Source: Lama guanicoe (Eukaryota). From it: a DNA stretch of 64,000 bases. The stretch covers positions 4,246,123 to 4,310,122 of the forward strand of contig MU053557.1 of the NCBI GenBank assembly GCA_013239625.1. The letters are read 5' to 3'. Shown one piece after another: positions 1 to 13,090 of this stretch. How positions within the stretch are numbered: the first letter of the stretch is position 1; the number at the start of each line of letters is the position of its first letter. Below the pieces are notes generated by a model that was given only the letters and a program-made list of their open reading frames with translations, ran no database searches and was not told the origin of the DNA. The translations under genes and the position numbers were made by a program.

Positions 1-722
1 GAATGTATTTTTTTAATTTTCAGAGGTTTAATTCCTCTCATTTTTTTCCTTGTGTGTTTCAACTCTTCTTAATGTTTTTAAATTGAAACAGGAAAATAGT
101 TGACAACTGATGAGAGATTTCCTCCCACTCTTCCCCCTCTCCCTTTTCCGGCTAACTCCAGGACAATTTTCAAACACAGTTTAGGCACTGACTCTCCAGA
201 AGTGCTCTTGACTTCTCTCCTTAACGACGTAACACCTTGTGCACAGCCCATTGCATTATCACCCTGTACTGAGATGACTTGCATAGGTCCCCTGACCTCC
301 CTGGTAAGCACTATATCTTGTTCACCTCCTTTTCCACAATGCCAGGCACAGCATCTGGCACTGAGCAAGTCTCAGCAAGTACTTGTTGTCCTCAATCCCC
401 TATGAACAGCAGATTATGAAGCAGCTCTTGAAGAATCAATCCTGTATGGTCCATTTCCCTTTGCTGAAGCCCATAGGGGTGGGAAAAATAGGGAAAGTCC
501 CTCTCTAGGTTCCCATGGGAACCAAAATAAATGCAGTAACAATTAGAAGAGAAATGAACACACTAAAAATATCATTTAAAGAATGTCACTTCTTTAAGTA
601 TTCACATTATACCTGCTGCCCTTTCTTTTAAGAGAATGTTTAAGACAGCTTATGAAATGATGGCTTTTTCTAACTTTCAAAGCTTACTTCCTTTATCCTA
701 ATCATACAGTTTATTTGTATAT

Positions 723-1071
723 TGTTATGGACTGAATGTTTATGTCCCCCCAGAATTCATCTGTTGAAATCCTAACCCATGATGGTGAGGCCTTTGGGAT
801 GTAATTAGGTCACGAGGGTAGAGCCATTATGAAAGGGATTTGTGTCCTTATAAGAACCAACAGGAGAGAAATGATTTTTCTCTCAGCCACGTGAGGATGA
901 ATGAGAAGATGGCAGTCTGCAAACTAGTAAGGGGACTCTCACCAGACACCAGAACTGCAGGCACCTTGATCTTGGACTTCCCAGCCTCCAGAACTGTGAG
1001 AAATAAACATCTCTTGTTTAAGCCCCCCAGTTTATGAAATTCCGTTATAGCAGCCCAAACTGACTATGACA
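723..1071 (+). mobile_element. MaLR solo LTR, MLT1A/MLT1B-like
   Basis: TG...CA termini; starts tgttatggactgaatgtttatgtccccccagaattc; contains accttgatcttggacttcccagcctccagaactgtgagaaataaa, the MLT1A-D hallmark. Confidence 0.9.
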
Positions 1072-1118
1072 GAAATATATGTGTAACTGCAGGGTCTGTA
1101 TCTATGACCCTCTCTCTG

Positions 1119-1750
1119 TCATTTATTCACTCATTTTTTTCGCAAGTGGCCAGCAACATGTCAGACACCATGGTAGGTTCTGGGGACACAACCATGACTA
1201 AGAGAGCCAGAGGAGTTCTTCCCTCACAGACTTCACAGTCCAGCAGGAGAAACAGACAACTTAAAAAGCAAGCAAACAAATAGACTTACCAACTGCACGG
1301 GGGACATGCAGGAACTAGCAAGGAGACTAGCTGAGGGAGAGTGGGGATGGCTGTCTCTCAGGAAGAGGCATCAAAGATGAGAAGGGTCTGGTCTATGAAG
1401 ACCTGGGGGAGGACTGCCAGGCAGAGAGAGTTGATTGAGGAAGGGAGAGAAGGTTCACAAGGCCCAGAGGAGGGTACAAAAGAAGGAAACTGACTACGTG
1501 TGGTGAGAGGAATTCAGTCACTGAAGCATTATGAGCAACAGTGTGTTATAATCCAATATACACTCCAAAGATCACATGGTTGCTGCATAGAGCTGCAGTT
1601 TTGACAGGGTGAGTAACAAAATGTGAAAGCCAGGCATGAGATTTTCAAGAGGTTCAACAAGAGATGCTGGTGGTTTAGATGAGGATGGTGGTGGCAGAGA
1701 TAGGAAGATACGGATGTGCTTGAGAAATATTTTGAAAGGACTTCTTGTGC
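1119..1750 (-). mobile_element. LINE-2 3' region (degenerate)
   Basis: tcatttattcactcatt tail (reverse of tgaatga), ggttctggggacaca...cttcacagtccagcagg, then purine-rich L2 body. Confidence 0.65.
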
Positions 1751-1769
1751 CATTTCTCTGCTTGAACCC

Positions 1770-2253
1770 TTTGATGGCTCTTCTTATGGCTTAGAGTGTA
1801 AGCCAAGGATCCTGCAGAATCTGCACCCACCTCACTGCTCTGCCCTCCACTCCCACTCATTTGTTCCATTCCAACCACACTCACCCCCTTGCTGTCCTTG
1901 AACATTAAAGCCATGCTCTCAGCTCTTTTGTTCCCTTTGCCTGAAATGATTTTCCCCAGGATGTCTGGATATTCTCATGGTTTACCTCAACTCTTTCTAC
2001 CTTCGCTCTAATGAATCTCAACAGAGCCCTCCATGACCATGTTGTTTTAAATTGCATGCCCCCACCCCAGCAATCCTTACAACTCTTCCTGCCTTAATGT
2101 TCTTCTTGGCACTTTCCACCTTCTAACATGTTGTGTCACTTCGGTTTTTATTTTGTGCATTGTCTCACTCCCTGTACTGGCATGCAGAAAGCTTCTATGA
2201 GATCCTCAGAATGTGGAACACTCTGCTACATGGTACGGACTCAAATTATCTTG
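1770..2253 (+). mobile_element. LINE-2 3' region (degenerate)
   Basis: pyrimidine-rich L2 motifs ttccaaccacact...gttccctttgcctgaaatg...gccctccatgacc; ends acatggtacggactcaaattatcttgtt. Confidence 0.6.
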
Positions 2254-3147
2254 TTTTATAAATGTAGGGGGTCAGGGAAGGAAGAATCAAGGATGATTCC
2301 CAGGTTTCAGGTATGGGTTATGCTTTTTAACGAGATGGGAAAAAATGGGGAGGGGAAATGGTTCTTATTCAACTTCATTTTATTCTATGATAAAGTCAGT
2401 GTTTAGAATAAAATGGGTTTGAACTTTTTTTCCCAGAAGGTGGAAAATATTGATTTTGAGGAAACTGTGAGACACCTAAGCAGAACAGCTAAAGGGAGGG
2501 TTGGGTGCTCCCTCTCTCGCTTTCTCTCCCTTCTCCCTCCCTCCCTCCACCGCTGGCTCCCTTCCTGCACACATCCTTGGACCTTCCTCATCCTGAAGCA
2601 GCCTCCACCTTTTTCCAAGATAACCCCACATCTTATCTCTTCCCCTTTTGCCTACTGGCACTTCTTGCATCTGCTTATATCTGTCACTTCCAGCCACTTA
2701 CAATCTGGCTTCTGAGTCCCCTGCAAACAAACACAGTGATTTTATCATAGAATACAATCCTCGTGCTCATTTCCCTCAATTCAATCTTCCAAACTACTCT
2801 TTCACTTATGAATCATCCCCCGGGCTAATAAATCTGGAGCAAACACACATTCCCCCTCCACCTACTTGTTCAGGCCTTTTTCTCTTTAGTAAGGCCAACT
2901 CCTTCCTCTCCATTATCTTTTACAATTAAGCATGGGATTTAAGCTGAAGTGACATGGGATAGCTAGTGGCTTTGGACCAGGAAAGAAAGTCTTTGGTGAA
3001 TAAAATAACACTGATATTTCACTGCAGAGCCATGAACTCATAAAAATGCATTCTTAATTGCTTCTTTAACACTTTCATCTTGATGCTAGGAATCCTGCTC
3101 CTTGCTGGCCTGTTAGAACTCTTTCAATTTTCTGTTTGAATGGCATA

Positions 3148-3240
3148 CTGTTGTAGAGAGGATTAAACGTGGGTAATGCATGCAAAGCAATTAGGACTGT
3201 GCCTGGCATGTAACAGATCTCAGTAAATGTTAACTGTTCT
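3148..3240 (+). mobile_element. MIR SINE 3' half
   Basis: gttgtagagaggattaaa...taatgcatgcaaagca...gtgcctggcatgtaacagatctcagtaaatgttaact. Confidence 0.8.
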
Positions 3241-4897
3241 GAACAAAAAAACCCCTCTCCTTCTGCCTGTTTTCATATTGGGGCTCCTCCAAAGGGAAGT
3301 CCCTCAAAAGGATCCTCAAAATCAGGGTGAAGTCTTCCCTTTCCCGAAAGAATTTCAATTGTTACTTCATACCATAGAGCCTGTTAATCTTCATCTGTTT
3401 TCAGCCAGAGAATTGATAAAGGGGTTCAACTTGGTTTTTTCAGAGGCATTAAAAATTATATTTAACAAAATAGAACAGTTAGTAAACTAAGAACCATTCA
3501 TCTTGGAGTTGGTTGTGGTTTCTCACTATATGTGTATCATGATAAGCAGAAAGTGAGAATGTGAGCCCTGAATAAGATCTTAGAAGTCATTTACCTAATT
3601 TTTTTCATTTTCTTGTTCTTATAGAAAATTAAGGTCCAAAGGGAGAAAAGTAATTTGCCTAAAGTTATGTAGTGAGTTTGTGGATGAGCCTGGTTGGAAC
3701 CAACGTTTCTAATTAGCAATCCAGTGCCCTTCACACTTACCTCACTGGCAGGAGATTGATTCCCCACAGAGCTGCAGTCAAATCCTATGGCTGGGGCCTC
3801 ATTCCGCACAGGAACAGAAAAAGGGGATCCTCAGACTGCGCAGAATTCAAGACACTGACAGTCCCCCTCACTCATGCTAATGTCTCGGGCACAGAGAGAA
3901 CCCAGAAACCAGTGCAAACTTTCTTGTTGGTCACCAGCTCCCTGGATTAATCCAGATTTGACCTAAATGCCAATTTATAGAATCAAGAGCAAGCCAAGGA
4001 TGGGGTAGGGATGAGAAAGGGATATGGTATGTATATTCTACATTGCGCTTCTTTAAGGCAAGGACCGTATTTTTGTAATCTTGCATTTTTTCAGTATTTA
4101 TTGAGTGAATGAATAAATTCTCAGCCTTTCTCTGGCATTACCCTAAAACAGTATGTTAAACATATTTTAAACCCATCAGAGCATCAGACAGAGTTAAACT
4201 AACTTGACAATAATAAGAACCAGACAAAATTAAGAGCTGAAAAATAAAGTTGACCAAAAACTGTGTTCCAAATAAATGTGACAAATGGATTCATTTTCCA
4301 GCTCATTTATCTTATCTAATTCAGTTTCCTAGTTCTATGTTTGCCTTAAAAGTCTTCCTATTTTGACAATTTTTAGACAAAATGTCCACAGTCCTTCCAC
4401 TCACGGGGGAAAGACGAATGGTAATAAAATGATCACACAAATAAATGGGTTATTCCAACTGCAGTAAGTAGTACAAAATAGGATGAACAAGGAGCAACAA
4501 TGACCTAATTAACAGAGGTCAAGTTTTCAAAACATGAGAAGTGATGATCTGTTGCAACTCATACTCTTCTCAAATTCGATTCTAACTGCCTCCACTTTGA
4601 GATCTGAGAAATTCTCCTATTGCCTCCACAGTTAGTCTAATTTTTCCAGCATTAGATTTTTGAGGTTCTGCTTCACTTCAAAGCAGAAGCAGAAACAGAC
4701 AAAAGGAAACCAGATTTCATTAACTCATCAAACTTTTATGGAGTCCGTGGATGGTGGATGGCAATCAGCTGATCTCACAAATAAAGACATAACTGTAAAT
4801 TATAAGTGCCAAGAAGTACAGGGTTCTATGAGAAAACATAATTTAATTACAATTAAGGTTCTTGAAAGGCTTTTCTAAGAACTGAAATTCACATTGA

Positions 4898-6118
4898 ATT
4901 TTTTTAACCACTTTTTAAAGATATGACTGAGGCCAAAAGCTGTACATATTTAATATATACAAGTCAATGCATTTAGTGGTAAATATATACCCTTGAAACC
5001 ATCACCACTACAACCATAGACATATCTGTCATTGCTCAAAATTTCCTCCCGTTCTTTGTATTATTTTGTGTGTGTGGTAAGAACATTTAACATAAATACC
5101 TATCCTCTCAGCAAATTTAAAGTATACAATACAGTAATGCTAGCTACAGACACTTTAATGAATAGCGGATCTCCAGAACTTATCTTGCATAATTGAAACT
5201 TTGTACCCTTTGACCATCACCTCTCCGTTTCTCCCCCCTCCAACCCCTGGCAGTCTACATTCTACTCTCTGCTTCTTCGAGTTTGAATTTATTTAATTAT
5301 TTTAGATTCTACATGTAAGAGAGATTATACAGTATGTGTCTTTCTATGTTGGGCTTATTTCACTTCGTATAATGTCCTCCAAGTCCATCCATGTTGTTGC
5401 AAATGGAAGGGTTTCCTTCTGTTGTAAGGCTTAAAAATAGCCACATGCCAAAGAATGAAACTGGACCACTATCTCACACCATACACAAAAATCAACTCAA
5501 AAATCAATTAAAAACCTCAAAGTAAGACCTGAAACCATAAAACTCCTAGAAGAAAACAGGTACTAAGCAACTTGACATCACTCTTGGCAATAATTTTTGG
5601 ATTTGACACCAAAAGTGCAGGCAAAAAAAGCAAAATTATACAAGTGGGACCACATCAAACTAAAAAGTTTCTGCACAGCAAAGGAAACAATCAACAAAAT
5701 GAAAAGGCAGCCTATGGAACAGGAGAAATATTTGCAAACCACGTATCTAATAGGGGGTTAATATCCAAAATTTATAAAGAACTCAAGCAACTCAATAGCA
5801 AATAAACAAAGGACATTATTTAAACATAAAGGACCTGAATAGACATTTCTCCAAAGAAGACATAAAGATGACCAACAGATACGTGAAAAAGCGCTCAGCA
5901 TCACTAGTCACCAGGGAAATGTAAATCGAAAGCTCAGTGAGACATCACTTTACACCTGTGATGATGGCTATGACCAACAATGAAACAATGAGGTAACAAG
6001 TGTTGCTGAGGGTGCAGAGAAAAGGAAACTCTTCTGCACTATTGGTGGGAACATAAATTGGCACAGACATTCTGGGAGGCAGTATGGAGGTTCTTTAAAA
6101 AATTAAAAATAGAACCAC
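4898..6118 (-). mobile_element. L1 (L1MA9-like) with 5' inversion, inserted in an L2
   Basis: 4898-5431 is the L1 3'UTR and ORF2 end on the minus strand; 5436-6120 is the ORF2 C-terminal region on the plus strand ([23 protein letters not shown]); flanks cacattga/cagattga rejoin into an L2. Confidence 0.85.
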
Positions 6119-6288
6119 CAGATTGAGACAGAAAGAATGTGTAACATAGTTAACAAAGCAAAGGAGAGGAATACCTTGCTATAGATAATGAAAAGGCACT
6201 CTCACCAAGCCAGGTAGTCCCTGGTAAATCATTTGACCTGATGATTTAAACTATTAACTGGAGTATTCCAAGTGAATTAGTTAAATTG

Positions 6289-6605
6289 CTAGGGCTGGTG
6301 AGCCTCATCTGGCCCTACTGCCTGTTTTTGTACAGCTCATGAGATATGATTGGTTTTTACTTTTTAAACGGTTGGGGGAAAAAATCAAAAGAATAATAAT
6401 AGTTCATAACATATGAAGATGATATGAAATATAAATTTCAGCGCCCATAAATAAAGTTCCACTGCAACATGGCCACAGCCCTTCCTTTACATACTGTCCA
6501 TGGCTCCTTTCATGCTACAGGCAGCAGAACTGAGTAACTGAGACAGTGACTGCAGAAACTGAAATATTTACTATCTGGCCCTTTCCAGAAAAAGTTTGCC
6601 ATAAC
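6289..6605. mobile_element. hAT-Charlie MITE, MER58B-like
   Basis: ctgcctgtttttgta...aaaaaatcaaaagaataataa...cataaataaagtt...aaatatttactatctggccctttccagaaaaagtttgcc. Confidence 0.85.
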
Positions 6606-7254
6606 TATTTTTTTTCCTGGATTATAAGAAAGTGCTTCTTCTGAGAAGATGAAATTGTCAGTATTGACATTGCTGCTTGAGGGAAGGATTTAAATGTTTA
6701 AAGCAGTGGAATTATACTGGTTCCAGGAAAAATGCCGTCAGTGTATGTAAAAGTAATTGGCCTGCTCTCTGGCCCCAGGTGTCCCTAAGAGATAACTGAG
6801 GCCTGAGTTGAAACCATCACTCCCATATCATAAGCTACTTTGCCCCTGCTAGGATGAGGCAGTTACTTGCACAGGTTGGGGCATGTGAGTTCCACCTGAA
6901 GTGCCCCATCTGGAAAAAAAAAAAAAGGCAAAAACCTGTGGGACTTGTCATCTCCCATGTCAGAAGCAGCCAGCCAGCATCTGGTGAGACTGAGCCTGCC
7001 AGGGCTTGAGATGCTCACTTCCCTCATCCTGCTGCTCATGCACAGGAAGTTTAAAAAGGAGGTTGCATTTTTTGGAGTGTTAACATTCTCCCCACCCCTC
7101 TGTCAGGGTCAGTGGTTCCAAGGTAAAGGGTGTGAACAATGAAGAGCATACATGCTTGGTACCATGTGAATCTGACAGTTTGCAGAAACAAGGTCAAAAA
7201 GTCCAAAACAGAAAATAATCCTGCTTCAGTCCCTCCTTGGGGAAGAACATTATA

Positions 7255-7490
7255 AAGAGGGGAAGAGTGTACCAGGCAGAGGGAACAGCATACCTGTAGG
7301 TTCCCAAGTGAGAAAGAGCTTGATGTGGTGAAGAACAGCAAGGAGGCTGGTGTGACAGGAGCTCAAAGAGCAGGGAGAGAGTATAGGAGGTGAGGTCAGA
7401 GAAAAGCTGGAGTTAGATGTGGGGCTATCTTAGGATACTGAACTTTATCATATATGTCATCAGAAATAATGGAAGTGTTTTAAACTCTGG
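7255..7490 (-). mobile_element. LINE-2 fragment
   Basis: ccaggcagagggaacagcat...gaacagcaaggaggctggtgtg...gaggtgaggtcagaga. Confidence 0.75.
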
Positions 7491-7512
7491 AAACTGACTG
7501 ATGGTATAGAAA

Positions 7513-8044
7513 TGTATGGCTGCTTATATTTTCCAAAGATAGTCACAGCAAATATCCCATCCCACACACTCCTCTTTCAATATGAAGTAGATACTGCTCC
7601 ACGGAAAGATGGGATCTGTCTTTCCTCCTCCTTGAATCTGGGTGAGACTGTGGCTATAAGTGACGTCACATGACTTCCTAGGCTAAGTCATAAAAAGGGT
7701 TGTAGCTTCCACCTGATCCTCTTAGAACCCACTGTCATGCTGTGAGGAAACAGGGAGACCTCATGGAAAAACCATGTGAGATGTTCTTGCCAACAGCTCC
7801 CCCTGAGGTCCCAATGGACAGCTAGCATTAACCTGCAGACACACATGTGAGCAAGCCTTGAGATGACTCCAGCTGTCGAGTCACTTCAAGCCTGTGGCGT
7901 TTCCAGCTCAGGTCCTAGACATTGTGAAGCAGAGGCAAGTTTCCCTTGACTCCTGACTCCCAACATCCAAGGCATAATGTATGGTAGTGTTTTGTGCCAC
8001 CAGTTTGCAAGGGGGCAGGAATTGGGTTACACAGAAACCTAACA
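7513..8044 (+). mobile_element. MaLR solo LTR, MLT1G/H-like
   Basis: ccttgaatctggg...gtgacgtcacatgacttcctaggctaagtcataaaa...catgctgtgaggaa...ccagctcaggtcctagacattgtgaagcagaggcaag; TG..CA ends. Confidence 0.8.
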
Positions 8045-9239
8045 TAAGATACCCAGAACAAGCAGCTAAAAATCTTAAAAACTAGGTTTCCTAAGACCCA
8101 TTCTTATCAATTCCCATGCTTTTTCAGTTTGCAGAATATCTACTGGTAATATTTCCCCTTTGGTGTTTCATTTAACTATCTACCTAGGACCACACAGGAC
8201 TCTTTCCAGGCCTTACCTAAGACTATCCCTATTAATTCTGTGGCAGTGGCTTCAGCTCACAAGCTCACTTTTCCAAAACCTAAAAACTCATAGTATAACC
8301 TGAGATAGCAATTGAAAGGACATTTTAACAGAATTTGCAATTTTATCCTGCTTCTCTTTAGAGGTATGTATCCTTGAAGGGGGAAGAAAAATGGTAAGCC
8401 AAAGTCACTGTTAGTAACTACTGAAGATGAGAAAAGACATGACTATTATATGCAAATTTAGTTTTACCTAGCTGCTAAAAGACTTGGGTGAAACGAACAC
8501 CTGCTCACAAACTGTTACCTTCCTCACAAGCCTTGGCGTGATTCACTATTCAATCTGCATGCAAATTTGATCAGAACACTGCATTCTTACTCATTATAGA
8601 CTGTTTTCTTGGAAACAAATCCTTCCTAAGATTGCAGGAAATTTGACGTCAACTCTCAGGTTTCCCCAAGTGCTGGCAGGGAATTGCTGGTCCATGGGTA
8701 TTTTGTGCCAGCCATAGCCTTTCTTGCCCACCACCTGCCTGCCCATCCTTCTTGCCCTGATACTACAAGGAAGAGGCTTCTAGTTAACAGAAAGGAAAAA
8801 AGAAGGCAACTAACCATTTCTTTGCTCTGGTCCTTGGCCCCTGGCTTTGCAGCCTCTTCATTCGCAAAGATGAGCAAATAGACAGTGGGTCCCCTAGTTA
8901 CTACTGTTTTCCCACGAGAAAGGAATCATTACCCTCAAACGGAAGAGAAACTTACTCTGCTTTTGTCAGGATTTTCTGCTGCTTTTTCAAACACTGTTTG
9001 ATTTAAATATAACAGTGAACCTTCTGGACCAAATACTTTTCATTTCTAAGAGTAGATCAATTCCAATTTACTTCTGAAATTCTACTTTCATGAAATAATC
9101 TGTTTTATGGTCTTATGGGATTCTGGCTTTTATAGAAGATCTTATTGAACTGCTGAAGATTGATGAGGTGTGTGAGTGAAAGGGTTTTGCAAAGCCTAAA
9201 AAGTCACGCTGAAGAAAGAAGAATCCAGCAGACTGTACT

Positions 9240-9470
9240 GCTAACATTTTTGAGCATTTATTTGGTGCCAGGCCATGATAACAAACACTGTCCACAAAGG
9301 ATTTTGGTTAATTCCCAACAACCTTATGATTTGAAAGTAAAATTGTCAGCGTTTTAAGATGAGGAAACTGAGGCTCGGAGAGCTTAAGCAACCTTCATAT
9401 GGTCACACAGCTGGGCAGACACAAAGCTGGGCTCCAGCCCAGGTCAAATAGCTTCAAACCCAGTACTTAT
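9240..9470 (-). mobile_element. MIR SINE, near full length
   Basis: aacatttttgagcatt...gtgccagg...agatgaggaaactgaggctcggagag...ggtcacacagctg. Confidence 0.9.
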
Positions 9471-9884
9471 CGGAATCCACAGTTGACTCTGACACAAAGC
9501 CAAGTTTGAGAACCGACGGCTAAAGCCTTCCAGGTTTCATTCAGTTCTAATCAGGCAGCAGATCAACTACACGCAACACAGTTTTGCAGGATGTCTGATC
9601 TCAGCTGATGGATGATAATCACTTCCCACAATGTTTGCAATTTTTCTTCTTGACTGTTTAGAATATGGTTGTTTCATGGCTGTTTTTTTAAACCCTTGAA
9701 AAAAGTGCTTAGCACCTAAAAATACCCCTAGTAAGCTATGTTATGTAGCTTCTAATTTCAACTTGCTTAGGATGAAATGCACAATGATCATGCTACTAAA
9801 AGTAGGGGCTGCCCAGGACTGGAGTTGGCAGGTCTAGGTTGTGATTTCTGTTCTGCCCAGACTTACTGGGCAACTTGGGGCAAA

Positions 9885-10241
9885 GACAGCTACCCCCACC
9901 CCTGACTTTGCATGGTCTCATGGGAGTGTCAGTCAAGGACCCCAAACCTCTCTGGACTTCCCATGGCCCATATTAGGGTGATCAGATTCTCTGAGAAAGT
10001 AAGTTTAAAACATGGAATTCAAGAAAAGAACAAAACTGGAGCACATTAATCACCAAGAAAAGACTGGAAGGACAGCTTCAGAGTTTTGCTCCTCAGAGGC
10101 CCAGACCTGCTGTTTCTGAAATCTGGTATGTCAGCTTTCCTTGGAATCTGTGATTTACCCCAGATCCTCTCAATAAATACCTCATTGGCATACATTAGGC
10201 AGAGTGGGTTTCTGTTGTTTAAAACCAAATAACCTAGCACA
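9885..10241 (+). mobile_element. ERVL/MaLR-type solo LTR (LTR16-like) splitting a MIR3-like element
   Basis: 3' end caataaatacctc...ggcagagtgggtttctgttgtttaaaaccaaataacctagcaca; MIR-like sequence on both sides. Confidence 0.55.
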
Positions 10242-10514
10242 GTGCTTCTTAGGAGGAAAAAAAAAAAAAAACCACAGCCTAGATGGTCCCTAAAGTTTCC
10301 TCTAATCCTAGCACTTTATGGTTTTTATATTACTGTGTTCCTAGGCCCTAAAGTTGTTTCTCTAAAAAAGGAAAAAAAAATCAGGCAACTTGGCATTTTC
10401 CCTACAAGTTTCCAAATAGCTAAAAAGCTGGAAATCTGAGAAGGTTTGCCTGAAATTTCCACTCATTGTATTTACTATAAAATTGTAATTAGATTATAGT
10501 TAAGTCTAAGGAAA

Positions 10515-10668
10515 TTAGAATGAGCTTTGAGGCTGGGGAGATCAGGATTTAAAATTATCACTGCCACTTACCAGTGCTTAACCTTACAAGAGTTGCTTCA
10601 TCTCTCTGAATCTCAGTTTCCTTATCCACAAAATGAGTGTGGCAAAATGATTTACTAAGATATTAAAT
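10515..10668 (+). mobile_element. MIR SINE
   Basis: ctgccacttaccag...catctctctgaatctcagtttccttatccacaaaatg. Confidence 0.8.
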
Positions 10669-12315
10669 TGTGTTTTATTCTTACTCTGTTTTTACCTTCC
10701 ATAAACCCCCATGAACATACACATGTGTGTAACTGCATGTATATTAAAACAAATGTATGTGCACAAATCCTCACATACAAATACCCACATAGAATTCCAA
10801 GAACAAGAATTCCAAGAATTCCAGGGGTTTTGTGCCTCTTTGACTTAGAGCCAGAAAAAGATGACTACAAATAAAATCTGCTTCTGGGCCTTGAATTTGT
10901 GAAGTGATTTGTGCCAGGAGATGAAGTACTGGAGCTAGGATAACAAGAAAAGAGGATATAGGCCTTTGAATTCCAAAAGCAACAGGAATCTGGGCTCCAA
11001 TTCCCAGAGCCACCCCCAAGGAGAGACTAGGACCTGAGAGGGACCCCTCAGAGGGAAAGTCTACTCTCAGCAAAGATTCCCCTCGAAGCTTATCATGTAA
11101 AGCAACTTACTGCCCAATCAAGGACCCATGCAAATGTGGACAAAATAGGCATTAGTGGCCACCAGGGGAGAATGGGACCAGATAATTTGTATGCGACTCT
11201 AGGAAGAGATGAAAACTTCCCCCAAATTATGAGGATTAAATTTTTGTCCTCCTGTCAAGCTGGGGACTCAGAGTCATATTTTATTTGATTCAAAGAAAAC
11301 AAATTGACATTTCTTGTCAAATTTATATATATCCTTGTCAAACTTATATCTATTATATTTATAGACTCCAGCAAAATATATATTTATGTATATATAGATA
11401 TTTGCTTATGGAAGAAATATATATTTGCTAATAAGAATGGAATTATGCAATATACAATATTTACCACTTTTTTTCTATTTACAATATACTTTGGATCGTC
11501 TTCATAGTAATACATATAAATATGTCTAATTATTGTTTAATAGAAGTACTACATGCTCATGGTTAAGCAACTTCCTTATGTAGAGGTATGAAACACAAAG
11601 TAAAAATGTTCCACCCAGTTGCAGAAGTAACTGCTGTTCATCCTTCCATGTGCATACATTTGAATATTTTAAGTATATGTGAGTATATTTTATGTCTGCT
11701 TTTAACTAGTCTTAACACAAACAAGCTATTGTGGTCCCAATTGCTTTTCTCCATATATCTATCTGAACTGTCTGTCACCCAGAAGAACTTAACAGTCTAG
11801 TTTCTAAGCCAGTCCCTAAATGGAAGAATGGTTAGAAAAAGGGACCTCAGAAAAAGATTTCTCTTTCTAAAAGGACTAGGTATTTTGTTTTATAAATCTT
11901 TTTAAGCCATAAATAATAGACAGTGATTAAAACAAGAATATTAAAGCAACTAAACAATATATATAATTTTGAGCGTGACCTAGTGTTATAAACAGGCCAT
12001 AAATTGCTTACTTCAACAAACCCCACCTACTTTCAATAATGATGCTCCCAAGTACAATGTTCATGCTTACAAACCTGTAATGGAAAAGACTTTCTAGTCT
12101 GTTTATTTAACACACCCCTCATTTATCACATTGTATCTCTGTTAGTCCTGGTTATCCGGGCCAAAAGTAATTCAGGGACCTAAATAACTACTAATGACCA
12201 ATGGAATTTTCAAAAAGACACAATTTTAAAGACAATTTTGGTTACATATACAGTCTTCTCTGTATTCCCTACTACGATTTCCTGTGGAGGAATTTTCATC
12301 ATGCCAAGAGCTTTA

Positions 12316-12713
12316 CATGGATGCTCCTGGAGAATGTCATTCTAAGTGAAGTTAGCCAGAAAGAGAAAGAAAAATACCACATGAGATTGCTCGTATGTGG
12401 AATCTAAAAAAAAAACAAAACATAAATACAAAACAGAAACAGACTCAGACATAGAATACAAACTTGTGGTTGCCAAGGGGGCGGGGGGGTGGGAAGGGAC
12501 AGACTGGGATTTCAAAATGTAGAACAGACTAACAAGATTATACTGTATAGCACAGGGAAATATATATAAGATCTTATGGTAGCTCACAGTGAAAAAAAAT
12601 GTGACAATGAATATACATATGCTCATGTATAACTGAAAAGTTGTGCTCTACACTGGAATTTGACACAACATTGTAAAATGACTATAACTCAATAAAAAAA
12701 TGTTAAAAAAAAA
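12316..12713 (+). mobile_element. Young 5'-truncated L1 3' end, camelid type
   Basis: ORF2 end TWMLLENVILSEVSQKEKEKYHM; G-rich tract 12477-12499; aataaa and A tail. Confidence 0.92.
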
Positions 12714-12829
12714 GACCACACTGCATTAAGCCCCACTTGACAGTACAGTTTCTTGTTCAGACATACAGCTCCCAGTATTGCCCCTAAAAGGAACTCAAAC
12801 ACTACAAAGAAGAATGTGCACTTCTGTAG

Positions 12830-13090
12830 GTAAAAGGGAGTCATTAAAAACTTTTAAGGAAGGGGATGTCATCGATTAGTCTGCATTTTGGAAAGGAAGA
12901 TTGAGCTGCTTCAGCAAGAGGTATTAAAGTGACCAAAGCTAGAGATGAGGCCCACATCCACGGTCCAGGCAAGACATGATGAAGGCCCGGACCTGGAAAG
13001 TCCCAGTGGACTGGGTAGATCCAGGAAGATAAAATCAGTACGGTTTTTTGCAATTATACTAGATAAGAGAAATGACAAGGATCAAAATAA
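12830..13090 (-). mobile_element. LINE-2 fragment
   Basis: ctgcattttggaaagga...gtccaggcaagacatgatgaaggcccggacc. Confidence 0.6.

Noticed and set aside
3942..3955. 14-bp perfect palindrome CTGGATTAATCCAG (overlapping TAATCC sites)
   Set aside because: About 4 palindromes of this length are expected by chance in 64 kb, and there is no supporting cluster.
11156..11171. CTCF-like TGGCCACCAGGGGAGA
   Set aside because: Lacks the conserved GGC at the 3' end of the core and has no upstream module.
12477..12499. G4-forming tract
   Set aside because: Standard G-rich tract of the L1 3'UTR.
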